This document shows, piece by piece, positions 42,033 to 51,667 of a DNA stretch of 64,000 nt; position 1 is the first letter of the stretch, and the number at the start of each line of letters is the position of its first letter. Source of the DNA: Bacilli bacterium (lineage in GTDB: Bacteria > Bacillota_I > Bacilli_A > RFN20 > CAG-826); assembly GCA_028690575.1 (NCBI GenBank), contig JAQVAY010000001.1, forward strand, positions 1,163 to 65,162, read 5' to 3'. Position numbers and translations under genes: made by a program. Under the pieces are notes generated by a model. The model made no database searches, was not told the DNA's origin, and was given only the letters and a program-made list of their open reading frames with translations.

Positions 42033-42653
42033 ATGTTTATCACACTTGAAGGACCTGAAGGTTCAGGAAAAACTACTGCTGTTGAATTTGCAGTTAACAA
42101 ATTACTTGAAATGGGCTACGAAATTGTTCGAACCCGTGAACCTGGTGGCACCATTATCAGCGAACAAATACGGAATGTTATCCTTGATAAAGCCAATACC
42201 GCCATGGACGCGCGAACCGAAGCTCTTTTATATGCTGCTAGCCGTAGACAGCACCTTGTCGAAAAAATATGGCCAGCTTTAAAAGCGGGAAAAATTGTCA
42301 TATGTGATCGCTATTTAGATTCTTCTTTAGCCTACCAAGGTGGAGCACGTGAACTTGGCATTGAGGAAGTATTAAAAGTTAATTTATTTGCTACCGAGAA
42401 CACTTGGCCAGACTTAACGCTACTTTTTGATATTGATCCAATCATTGGGTTGTCTCGCATAAGCAGCAACAATCAAAGAGAAGTTAATCGTTTAGATCTA
42501 GAAAAACTTGATTTTCACAAAAAAGTACGCGCTACATTTTTGAAATTGGCGAAGCAATATCCAGAGAGATACGCTATTATTGATGCCAGCAAATCAAGAG
42601 AAGAAGTAGCAAATGCTACTCTTGATGCAATATTATCAAGACTATGCAAATAG
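42033..42653 (+). CDS. tmk: Thymidylate kinase
   Basis: P-loop GPEGSGKTT and DRY motif. Confidence 0.88.
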   Translation: MFITLEGPEGSGKTTAVEFAVNKLLEMGYEIVRTREPGGTIISEQIRNVILDKANTAMDARTEALLYAASRRQHLVEKIWPALKAGKIVICDRYLDSSLAYQGGARELGIEEVLKVNLFATENTWPDLTLLFDIDPIIGLSRISSNNQREVNRLDLEKLDFHKKVRATFLKLAKQYPERYAIIDASKSREEVANATLDAILSRLCK

Positions 42654-43636
42654 GTGATTATTTAAAAAAATATCAACCAATAATTTACCAAACTTTTGTT
42701 AATTCATTAGAGAGGGATACTCTTTCCCATGCATATTTGCTATCCGGACAACCGGGTACTCCATTATTTGAAAGCGCAAAATATCTCGCCAAAACAATCA
42801 TGTGTGACTCCCCTTCACCACTCGCTTGCAACAACTGTATAACTTGTTTGAGAATTGATGATAATAACTACCCTGATTTTATTGTCTATGATGGCTCTTC
42901 GCAGACAATCAAAAAAGAAGAAGTGGTTTCAATAGAAACACAGTTTGACAAGACTGCTTTTGAAAGCAAGGGAATCATGATTTATATTCTCCACTTAGTG
43001 GAAAATATGACGCCCGTCGCTGTTAATTCCATACTTAAATTTCTCGAAGAACCAGGCAACCACATTTATGCTTTCTTAACTACCAATAACGAAAGTGGCG
43101 TTTTGCCAACTATTATTTCGCGTTGCCAAGTTATGAGATTAAAGTTGGTGGATAGAGGATCAATTATCAAAGAGACAATTGACAAAGGCGTTAGTCAAGA
43201 TGATGCTGAACTGCTTTCCTACTTCTATAACGATTCCGATTTAATCATTCAATTTCTAAGCGACAAAAACGAAGAAAGTTCGTATCAAGATGCTAAGAAT
43301 GGTTTTGTCTCTCTTTTAGAGGTTCTTGAAAAAGATAAGGGAACTGAAGCAGTTTATATTTGTGAAACAAATATCATCCCTAAAATGAAATCAAAAGAGT
43401 CAACGCGACTTTTTCTTGATATACTAATACAGGCTTTTGAAGACATGATAAGTATTAAACATGATAAAGAGCCAATCTTGAAAAGCTATAATTCTGCCCT
43501 TTCTTATTTGGCAGAGAAAATGCAAAATATCGAAAATGTTTTGCAAGAAATATTGAAATGTAGAAATCTTATTAACTTAAACGTAAATACATCGTTGTTA
43601 ATTGATCACTTAATATTTCAAATTATTAAGGAGTGA
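42644..43636 (+). CDS. holB: DNA polymerase III delta-prime subunit
   Basis: AAA+ clamp-loader-like with a degenerate P-loop; placed after tmk. Confidence 0.8.
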   Translation: MQIGDYLKKYQPIIYQTFVNSLERDTLSHAYLLSGQPGTPLFESAKYLAKTIMCDSPSPLACNNCITCLRIDDNNYPDFIVYDGSSQTIKKEEVVSIETQFDKTAFESKGIMIYILHLVENMTPVAVNSILKFLEEPGNHIYAFLTTNNESGVLPTIISRCQVMRLKLVDRGSIIKETIDKGVSQDDAELLSYFYNDSDLIIQFLSDKNEESSYQDAKNGFVSLLEVLEKDKGTEAVYICETNIIPKMKSKESTRLFLDILIQAFEDMISIKHDKEPILKSYNSALSYLAEKMQNIENVLQEILKCRNLINLNVNTSLLIDHLIFQIIKE

Positions 43637-44523
43637 ACATTATGGATAATGAATTTCAAAACGAAAATATAGAAGACATTTCTCTTTTTGACCACTATGT
43701 TGGTATTCAATTCTTTTCTACTCCAAGAATCTATTTTTTTGGAACAAAGGATTTGACTTTAGCATTGGGAGATAAAGTAATTGTCGAGACCATCAAGGGT
43801 CTTGAATTAGGCGTTGTGGCCACTGAGCCAATTGATATTAACAAGTATAAGGCTTCAATCGGTTTGAAACCTGTTATTAGAGCCGCTACCGATGTCGACA
43901 TACGTTTAAGTGAGAGTAACAAAAGAGACGCCGCTCACGCTTTAGAAATATGCAAAAGCGAAGCTGATAAATTAAATCTCCCTATGAACTTAATATCTTG
44001 TGAATTCACCCTTGATAAATCAAAAGTTTTGTTTTCCTATTTGGCTGATGAGCGTGTTGACTTCAGAGAACTATTGAAAAATTTAGCTTCTCGTCTCCAC
44101 ACCAGAATCGAATTGAGACAAATCGGCTCCCGTGATAAAGCTAAGATGGTTGGTGGAATTGGCGTTTGTGGTCTTCCACTTTGCTGTGCAACATTTTTGA
44201 ATGAATTCGATGGCATTTCAATTAGCAGAGCCAAGAATCAAATGTTAGCGATTAACATTCCAAAGTTAAGCGGTCATTGTGGAAAATTATTATGCTGTTT
44301 AAAATACGAGGATGAAGCTTATTCCGAAGCGAAAAAATTGTATCCTGAACTTGGCAGCAAGTTGTTTATTAATAAACTCGAGTACACTATTACGAATATT
44401 AATGTCATATCCGGAATCATAAAAATTGAAAATCGCGAGGATGTGAAATTTATGCCTTTTGAAGAGTTAAAGAAACAGGCTTACTTTGTAAAAAAGAAGG
44501 TCTATGACGATGATAAGAACTAA
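43633..44523 (+). CDS. ricT: PSP1 C-terminal domain protein YaaT/RicT
   Basis: Conserved cysteine cluster GVCGLPLCC...CGKLLCCLKYE. Confidence 0.8.
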   Translation: MNIMDNEFQNENIEDISLFDHYVGIQFFSTPRIYFFGTKDLTLALGDKVIVETIKGLELGVVATEPIDINKYKASIGLKPVIRAATDVDIRLSESNKRDAAHALEICKSEADKLNLPMNLISCEFTLDKSKVLFSYLADERVDFRELLKNLASRLHTRIELRQIGSRDKAKMVGGIGVCGLPLCCATFLNEFDGISISRAKNQMLAINIPKLSGHCGKLLCCLKYEDEAYSEAKKLYPELGSKLFINKLEYTITNINVISGIIKIENREDVKFMPFEELKKQAYFVKKKVYDDDKN

Positions 44524-45355
44524 AAGTTTTGACAATACCGACCCTATTTTATATTTAATTGCTACTCCAATTGGAAATCTTTCGGAAATTTCTGAACGCG
44601 CTCTAGAAGTGTTAAGAAATGTGGATTTTGTTGCTGCTGAAGACACACGAAACGCACGCTCTCTATTATTTCATTATGGCATCAAAAAAGATTGTATTTC
44701 AGTTAGAGAGCATAACGAGGTCCAGGCTTCTTTAAGTATCATCAGTCTCTTGAGAGAGGGCAAAAAAATTGCTTATATGTCTGATGCTGGTTACCCAGGA
44801 ATCAGTGATCCAGGTTATATATTGGTGAATAAAGCTATTGAAAGTGGGATAAAAGTCTCCACCATTTCTGGTAGTTCAGCTTTTTTAAATGCTTTAGTAT
44901 CTTCTGGTTTACCAACTAATCATTTTTACTTTTTTGGTTTTGTTTCTCCTAAAGAGAAGGAAGCCATCGACCAGTTAACGAATTTAAAAGAAATGAAAGA
45001 TACCCTAATTTTTTACGAAAGTCCCCACCGTCTTTTCAAGACTTTGCGAATCATGGAAAAAGTATTTGGAAATAGAGAAATTGTAATTGCCCGTGAGCTC
45101 ACCAAAATCAATGAAGAATATATTCGTGGAAAAATTAAAGAAATTTTTGATTTAGAACAAGAAGGCCTAAAGGGTGAAATGGTTGTTTTAGTGTCTGGAA
45201 GTCTTGAAGAAAAAGTCATCGATGACGAAACTTTAAAGCATAGAGTTGGTCTATTAAACAAAAAAGGGTTATCAACAAAAGACGCGATAGAAATAACCAG
45301 CGAGGAATTTAGTGTCAATAAGAACTATATCTATGACCTCGTTCATAAAAAGTAA
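44504..45355 (+). CDS. rsmI: 16S rRNA (cytidine1402-2'-O)-methyltransferase
   Basis: Tetrapyrrole-methylase fold N-terminus LYLIATPIGNLSEIS. Confidence 0.85.
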   Translation: MTMIRTKSFDNTDPILYLIATPIGNLSEISERALEVLRNVDFVAAEDTRNARSLLFHYGIKKDCISVREHNEVQASLSIISLLREGKKIAYMSDAGYPGISDPGYILVNKAIESGIKVSTISGSSAFLNALVSSGLPTNHFYFFGFVSPKEKEAIDQLTNLKEMKDTLIFYESPHRLFKTLRIMEKVFGNREIVIARELTKINEEYIRGKIKEIFDLEQEGLKGEMVVLVSGSLEEKVIDDETLKHRVGLLNKKGLSTKDAIEITSEEFSVNKNYIYDLVHKK

Positions 45356-45420
45356 TCACTTCAAGCATATAGAGATGTTTGTTGGCTCTATTTCTTTAAG
45401 AAATACTGTTTTTCTTGCAA

Positions 45421-45449
45421 ATGGGTAATCATTTTTCTATGATAGGAAA
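45421..45449 (+). promoter_or_regulatory. Candidate sigma-A promoter TTGCAA-17-TATGAT upstream of typA
   Basis: Read directly from the sequence. Confidence 0.45.
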
Positions 45450-45474
45450 CGCGTCATTTTAAGGAGGGTTTAAA

Positions 45475-47301
45475 ATGGAAATCAGAAATGTTGCTATTAT
45501 CGCTCATGTTGACCATGGCAAAACTACTCTTGTTGATCAGCTTTTAAGAACGGCCGGAGCTTTCAGAAGTAATGAAGAAGTTGAAACCCGTGTGATGGAT
45601 TCCAACGACATTGAGAGAGAGCGTGGCATTACAATTTTAGCGAAGACTACTTCAATTACTTATCACAATACCCACATCAATATTCTCGACACTCCTGGCC
45701 ACGCCGATTTCGGAGGCGAAGTTGAAAGAATTATGAACATGGTGGATGGGTGTTTACTTCTCGTTGATGCTTTTGAAGGAACGATGCCTCAAACACGTTT
45801 TGTTCTCAAAAAGGCCCTTCAAGCCCATATCAAACCAATTGTCATTATCAACAAAATTGATCGCGCTAATGCGGATATTAAAAGTGCAGTAGATCAAGTT
45901 CTTAATTTATTTATTGATTTAGGAGCTCCGGATGAGTTTTTAGATTTTCCAATCGTCTATGCCTCTGCTTTAAAGGGGACAAGCTCGATATCACCTAATC
46001 CAAAGAGTCAAAAAGCTGGAATGGATGCCATTTTAGAAACTATTATCAGTGAAATACCCGCTCCACAAACTAATATTAATGCCCCATTTCAGATGCAAAT
46101 TTCTTTGCTAGATTACAACGATTTTGTTGGAAGAATTGGCATTGGAACTATTAAAAAAGGCACTGTGCATATTGACGATATGGTCACTGTTGCCCGTTTG
46201 GATGGATCAAAAAAACAATTTAAAGTAATGAAGCTATTTGGATATGAAACTACTCATCGTTTAGAGGTTGAATCTGCTTCTGCTGGCCAAATTGTGGCTA
46301 TCGCAGGTTTGCCAGATATCAATGTTGGAGAAACCATTTGTTCATCTTCTCTTGTCGAACCTTTGCCTCCGATAAAACTTGATGAACCCACTATTCAGAT
46401 GACTTTTGGCACAAATTCTTCTCCCTTTGCCGGGCAAGAAGGAAAACAATTAACTGCTCGAAAAATTGAAGAAAGACTTTTTAAGGAAACTCAAAAAGAT
46501 GTCGCCTTAAGAGTTAATAGAATTCCAAAATCTGAGTCATGGATTGTTTCAGGCAGAGGAGAACTACACCTTTCTATTTTAATAGAAAACATGAGGAGAG
46601 AATCCTTTGAACTCGAGGTTTCAAAACCAAGAGTTATTATCAAGGAAATTGATGGCGTGAAAAGCGAACCTTATGAAGATTTGACTATTGATGTCCCCAA
46701 CGAATTTGTTGGAGATGTTATGACTAGTATCGGAAGTAGAGGCGGAGAATTAATCTCCATGGAACCAAGAGAGTCAGTTACTATTCTAGAATACGTTATA
46801 GCCTCTCGCGGATTAATTGGCTATTCTACAATATTCATGTCTTTAACTAAGGGCTACGGCATATTGTCTCACACTTATCGTGAATATCGAGAAATGAGCA
46901 ACATTGATCTTGGACAAAGGCCGATTGGCGTGCTTGTTGCGACAGAATCCGGTCAAGCAACTCCTTACTCAATGCAGCACATTGAGGAGAGAGGAACAAT
47001 GTTTATTGAGCCAGGAACGATGGTTTATGAAGGAATGATTGTTGGAGAAAACCGCTACCCTATTGATCTAGCAGTCAATGTCACAAATAAAAAAGCCTTA
47101 ACGAACATGAGAAGTTCAAATAAAGATAATACTGTTGTTTTAAAAACGCCTAGGAGAATGTCCTTGGAAAGTTGCTTAGATTATATTAACGCTGATGAGC
47201 TTGTTGAAATCACTCCCTCGACATATAGAATGCGAAAGAAAATTCTTAACACAGTCGAGCGAAAGAAAAATGATTCTCACAGTAGAAATTCCGAAGAGTA
47301 G
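45475..47301 (+). CDS. typA: Translational GTPase TypA/BipA
   Basis: AHVDHGKTT and DTPGHADF G-motifs; 608 aa. Confidence 0.92.
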   Translation: MEIRNVAIIAHVDHGKTTLVDQLLRTAGAFRSNEEVETRVMDSNDIERERGITILAKTTSITYHNTHINILDTPGHADFGGEVERIMNMVDGCLLLVDAFEGTMPQTRFVLKKALQAHIKPIVIINKIDRANADIKSAVDQVLNLFIDLGAPDEFLDFPIVYASALKGTSSISPNPKSQKAGMDAILETIISEIPAPQTNINAPFQMQISLLDYNDFVGRIGIGTIKKGTVHIDDMVTVARLDGSKKQFKVMKLFGYETTHRLEVESASAGQIVAIAGLPDINVGETICSSSLVEPLPPIKLDEPTIQMTFGTNSSPFAGQEGKQLTARKIEERLFKETQKDVALRVNRIPKSESWIVSGRGELHLSILIENMRRESFELEVSKPRVIIKEIDGVKSEPYEDLTIDVPNEFVGDVMTSIGSRGGELISMEPRESVTILEYVIASRGLIGYSTIFMSLTKGYGILSHTYREYREMSNIDLGQRPIGVLVATESGQATPYSMQHIEERGTMFIEPGTMVYEGMIVGENRYPIDLAVNVTNKKALTNMRSSNKDNTVVLKTPRRMSLESCLDYINADELVEITPSTYRMRKKILNTVERKKNDSHSRNSEE

Positions 47302-47319
47302 AAAAAAATCTACTTTTTT
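47297..47319 (+). terminator. Hairpin AGTAGA-A6-TCTACT followed by a T6 run, after typA
   Basis: Inverted repeat plus T-run. Confidence 0.5.
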
Positions 47320-48235
47320 ATAAGAAAAGATTGGAAAATTCTTTTGGCATTGGAGAAGTAAACTTAAGAATTTTTCCTGTATCAGGATGCTTGAGTTCCA
47401 AGCAGTAAGCATGAAGCCCAAGTCTTTTTAAAGGATCAGAGGGATTACCATATTTATCATCTCCGATAACATGATGGCCTAAATCGCCCAAGTGAACGCG
47501 GATTTGATTCTTTCTTCCTGTCTCAATATTTACATCCAACAAGGAATATTGCTCCGATTCCTGTATTACTTCATAATTAGTGACAGCAAATTGACCATCA
47601 GATGGTTTTTTTGATGAATACATCATGTTTTGTTTGTTTTTCTTTAGATAAGATTTGATGGTTCCCTTGGGTTCTTCCATCTTTCCTTCAACAATCGCGT
47701 AGTAACCGCGTTTAATAACAAGTTCATTCCAGTGATCCTGTAATTTATTTTGAATATTGGAATTTTTGGCCACCATAAGAACTCCGGAGGTATCCTCATC
47801 AAGTCTGTGGACAACAAAAACTCTATTGTGTTTGTCTTTTTGTTGTACATAATCAGACAGCATTCGATAAGCAGTTGATCCTTTTTCATTATCCGAGGCT
47901 ACGGAAAGTAATCCGCTTGGCTTGTTAATCACAATGATTTCCGAATCTTCATAAAGAATTGGCAAATTGCTTCTTGTTTTCTTTCTAATAGGAGAGGAAG
48001 AAATAATTATTGTATCGCCAGGAACTAATTTAAAATTAAATTGACTTACAGGTGCCCCATCGACAGTAACGCGATGAGAGGACAATAAAGATTTAACAGA
48101 GTTTCTAGATTGACTAGGAAAAGATTCCAGTAAAAACTGCAAAAGTTCGCACTGTTTTTTTACAGGAAATTGTTTCAAATTACGATAATCTTTTTTTACT
48201 ACTTTTGTAGTATGTTTTTTGTCATTTTTGTTCAT
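47318..48235 (-). CDS. rluD: RluA-family 23S rRNA pseudouridine synthase with an S4 domain (RluD-like)
   Basis: HRLDEDTSGVLMVAKN catalytic motif. Confidence 0.8.
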   Translation of the reverse strand: MNKNDKKHTTKVVKKDYRNLKQFPVKKQCELLQFLLESFPSQSRNSVKSLLSSHRVTVDGAPVSQFNFKLVPGDTIIISSSPIRKKTRSNLPILYEDSEIIVINKPSGLLSVASDNEKGSTAYRMLSDYVQQKDKHNRVFVVHRLDEDTSGVLMVAKNSNIQNKLQDHWNELVIKRGYYAIVEGKMEEPKGTIKSYLKKNKQNMMYSSKKPSDGQFAVTNYEVIQESEQYSLLDVNIETGRKNQIRVHLGDLGHHVIGDDKYGNPSDPLKRLGLHAYCLELKHPDTGKILKFTSPMPKEFSNLFL

Positions 48236-49106
48236 TCTTTAAATTAACTTTCCTAATAATCATATCAACCACCGCCTTGGCGACGTTTAACCTAGTAATA
48301 TTTTCAAATTCTTCGAAAAAAGCGTTGGAGTTCATTTCGCATAACATAAGCTCTCCATCATTGTCGAGTAAATCCAAACCAGCATATTCAATATTAAATA
48401 ATTGGTTAATTTTTTCTGCAAAATCTACATATTTTTTCATATCCGGTATTATTTCACCGCTAGCATTTTCTCCGTAATTGCTTCGGAAATCCCGTGCGTT
48501 TTTTCGAAAAAAGGCGCCGAATACTTTTCCATCAATAATTAACACACGAATTGATTTTCCCGCTGATGAAGATATGTATTTTTGAAACACAATTGGGTTG
48601 CGGCAAATTTCGGCATAAAGTTTTGCCAATTCATCGTAATTATTAACAAGATAAACGCCTTCACCTAAAGAACCATAAACTTTTTTAACAACCATTGGAT
48701 ACCCAAGTTCACCCTCGACTTTTTTTAAAAAAGAAAGGTGGGTTTCCCTAAGCCCGTAGTAAACTAGTGGCCCAGATATTGTTGTTGGCATTGGAATATC
48801 GTGATCGGCACAGGCAATAAATGTCAACATCTTATCATCGCAAAGTTTGATAAAATCAGCTCTATTAAATAAATGGTATCCTGCTTTTTCTAATAATCTA
48901 GCCAAGTAGATATCTTTATCCATGTAGATGACAAAATCTGCTTTAGGAAGGTTAATTTTTACATTATTGTCTTTTATTGATGCAAGTGTCCCGTTATTAA
49001 CAAAAACTTCAATGTCAACAGAAGCTTTTTTGAACTCTTCTGACAATCGAGCGACTTTATGAGCGTTGTGTCCAATTTCTTGATTTACGATAAATAATCC
49101 ATTCAT
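48222..49106 (-). CDS. RimK-family ATP-grasp ligase
   Basis: ATP-grasp motifs (MVVKKVYGSLGEGVYLV, EMNSNAFFEE); 294 aa. Confidence 0.7.
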   Translation of the reverse strand: MNGLFIVNQEIGHNAHKVARLSEEFKKASVDIEVFVNNGTLASIKDNNVKINLPKADFVIYMDKDIYLARLLEKAGYHLFNRADFIKLCDDKMLTFIACADHDIPMPTTISGPLVYYGLRETHLSFLKKVEGELGYPMVVKKVYGSLGEGVYLVNNYDELAKLYAEICRNPIVFQKYISSSAGKSIRVLIIDGKVFGAFFRKNARDFRSNYGENASGEIIPDMKKYVDFAEKINQLFNIEYAGLDLLDNDGELMLCEMNSNAFFEEFENITRLNVAKAVVDMIIRKVNLKNEQK

Positions 49107-49204
49107 AGTATTAATTATATTAATATTTACAACATTAAGCCATTAAAAAACATTTTACTTTTCTCATAAAAATATTTTTCTTTATTAAAAAATTATTAAT
49201 CTAA

Positions 49205-49702
49205 TCAGTAAATATTTCGACGAATGAATTTTTGCTTTTCTTGGTTATATGTTTTCAAATCACTTTTTGCATTGATTAGCTGCGTTTTAAAATCCGCATA
49301 TTGCTTTGATAAATTAGAATTCTCAGAAAGAATTTTCACCATTTTCATCATTTTGCGATATGTCGCCCCATTGTATTTAGTCAGATGGATAATGTATTCA
49401 TGCCCATCATCACCAATCTTATAAAAAACAAGATTTTCAAGATTCGAGTACTGAGTGAAAAAAGTATATTTATTAAACAAAAGAATGTCCTTAACAGTAA
49501 AGATATCTAAAGGATTTTCAATTCCTATTACTATGTCAATAATTGGACGAGCAACAAGCCCATCAACGGCTGTTGAACCAATATGATTAATGTGGGAGAT
49601 TATTTTAGGTGGAATTAACGAAAGAAGTATCTTTTTTTCACACGAAAAAAGGTTTTTCCATCGAAAGTCGTAATACGATAAACGGGGAGAGTTTATTGCC
49701 AT
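49205..49702 (-). CDS. GrpB-family (UPF0157) nucleotidyltransferase-fold protein
   Basis: HIGSTAVDGLVARPIIDIV motif. Confidence 0.6.
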   Translation of the reverse strand: MAINSPRLSYYDFRWKNLFSCEKKILLSLIPPKIISHINHIGSTAVDGLVARPIIDIVIGIENPLDIFTVKDILLFNKYTFFTQYSNLENLVFYKIGDDGHEYIIHLTKYNGATYRKMMKMVKILSENSNLSKQYADFKTQLINAKSDLKTYNQEKQKFIRRNIY

Positions 49703-49794
49703 ACTTTAATTCTACACACAGACCTAAGCTGTGTACATTTATTTATTTTTGTTAATGAGAGAATAACATTTTATTGCTAAATATCATTAATGAA

Positions 49795-49935
49795 CTAGGC
49801 ACCATCTATATTTTTATCGCAAATCGATTCCTGGTTGTTCGAGCTATTTTCATTCTTTTTTTCTCGAAACATATCAATATCTTCGCCTGTAAGATATCTT
49901 GATTTTCTTCGGCGATTTCTTTTATTTTCTTTCAT
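49795..49935 (-). CDS. Possible 46-aa basic small ORF (MKENKRNRRRKSRYLTGEDIDMF...). It is translationally coupled to the upstream kinase gene by an ATGA overlap.
   Basis: Below the ORF-track length cut-off; found by manual translation. No obvious RBS because of the coupling. Confidence 0.2.
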   Translation of the reverse strand: MKENKRNRRRKSRYLTGEDIDMFREKKNENSSNNQESICDKNIDGA

Positions 49936-51494
49936 CTGAATTTTTTGCCAAAATGATATAAATCTTTATGAATGTTTTTTAATTGTGGATACATCTTCAA
50001 ATAAACTTTCTTATAAAGGTATTCATATTGTTGATGGGCTTTTGGATCAGGAATATAGGTGTTGGTTTTGTGCGACATTTCTTTGGTTGCTTCCTGAATG
50101 GAAGAGAATTCTCCCAAGGCCGTGAAACAACAAATAGCCGATCCCAATGATGTTGTTTCAAAAGTTTGGACTCTTGAAACTGGCAAACCGAATATATCAG
50201 CGGTAATTTGGCATATGGCAGAGCTCTGTGAACCGCCACCAGAAATCATAAGGCTAGAAATACTGTGGCGTTGCGATTTTTCAATTTCTTCCAACCCTTC
50301 TCTCAGGGCATAAGCAATTCCTTCTAATATAGCCCTATATAAATGCTCGCGTGTATGAACTTCCGAGAATCCAACAATTGAACCCTTTGACATAGGCCGA
50401 GAGAGACTGGGCCCCCAATATGGTTGGAGAACTAAGCCATCGGACCCTGGAGATATTTCATATAGTTTTGAATTCAATAATTCTTCAACAGCTAAGCTTT
50501 GAATCTTGGCTTCATCAACAAGTTCAGAAGCAAATTCTTTGCTAAACCAAGTCAGCATCCAGTATCCTCGATAAACTTGTACTTCCATATTGTAATAGCC
50601 AGGAACAGCAGCTGGATAAGAAGGAAGAAATTTTTGTGGTTCATAATATCGAGTGTTTGAAACTTCGATTGTAGATGCAGTTCCATAGGAAATCGCCCCA
50701 ATATCGCGTGATAAAGCACCTAACCCAACTGTTTCGCAAGCTTTATCAGAACCAGTTGCAATAACAACAATGCCTTTCGGAAGTCCACACTCTTCGGCAA
50801 GTGAATCAAGAATCGTACCAATTTCCTCACCAGGTTGTTTTAATTCGCACAGCATTCGAGATGGAATACCAAAAATGAGGGATTTTAAATGTCCTTCTTT
50901 ATACCATTCTTTTTTTGGGAAATTTATGGGGTAATGACCGGTCATTGATGCAGCTGAATCACATAATTTTCCGGTAAGTTTATAGGTTAAATATGTTGAA
51001 ATATTAACGTATTTTACAGTCTTGGACCATGTCTCTGGTTCATTTTCTTTTAACCAGTGAGCAATTGTTCGTCTTCGATTTAAATCAACAGTATCCTTCA
51101 TCCCAACAAGCCAAAACGCAACGCGATGAAGCCAGGGTAATTTTTCATCAGCTCTTGCCATTCGTTGGTCAAGCCAAAGAATGCATCTCCTAATTGGCTT
51201 GTAATTTTTATCAAGTTGAACAGAAGAATCTCTAAATGTCGTTATTGTGGAACCGATTATTTGCCCGAGCTTTTCTTTGTTTTCAACAACTAATTTTTTT
51301 AAGCAAAAAATGAGATAATCATAATAAAAATCTGGGTCTTGTTCGGCGAATCCTTTTTCCAAAGAAATATACACAGGCTCGTAATGCTTCTTTACTATGG
51401 CAACGATATTACCTTTTTTGTCAATTAGGGAAGTTCGAAGTGATTGAGTTCCAAAATCAATACTTAGAATTAATGGATTTTTAAGCATAGGCAT
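49932..51494 (-). CDS. FGGY-family carbohydrate kinase
   Basis: N-terminal LSIDFGTQSLRTSL and FGGY C-terminal motifs; 520 aa. Confidence 0.8.
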   Translation of the reverse strand: MPMLKNPLILSIDFGTQSLRTSLIDKKGNIVAIVKKHYEPVYISLEKGFAEQDPDFYYDYLIFCLKKLVVENKEKLGQIIGSTITTFRDSSVQLDKNYKPIRRCILWLDQRMARADEKLPWLHRVAFWLVGMKDTVDLNRRRTIAHWLKENEPETWSKTVKYVNISTYLTYKLTGKLCDSAASMTGHYPINFPKKEWYKEGHLKSLIFGIPSRMLCELKQPGEEIGTILDSLAEECGLPKGIVVIATGSDKACETVGLGALSRDIGAISYGTASTIEVSNTRYYEPQKFLPSYPAAVPGYYNMEVQVYRGYWMLTWFSKEFASELVDEAKIQSLAVEELLNSKLYEISPGSDGLVLQPYWGPSLSRPMSKGSIVGFSEVHTREHLYRAILEGIAYALREGLEEIEKSQRHSISSLMISGGGSQSSAICQITADIFGLPVSRVQTFETTSLGSAICCFTALGEFSSIQEATKEMSHKTNTYIPDPKAHQQYEYLYKKVYLKMYPQLKNIHKDLYHFGKKFR

Positions 51495-51667
51495 TCCTCA
51501 CAAAAGCTTTTCTTTGTTTGTCAAAACAATAACATATTAACACATACATTATGCGCGAAAATGTAAAAACTAAGCAATTTTATGGCGTTTATATAAGGCT
51601 GTGTGATAGTATTGTATCGCTGGTGTGGTGCATAGCACTACACTTTCAGACCTATAGGAGGAAAATT

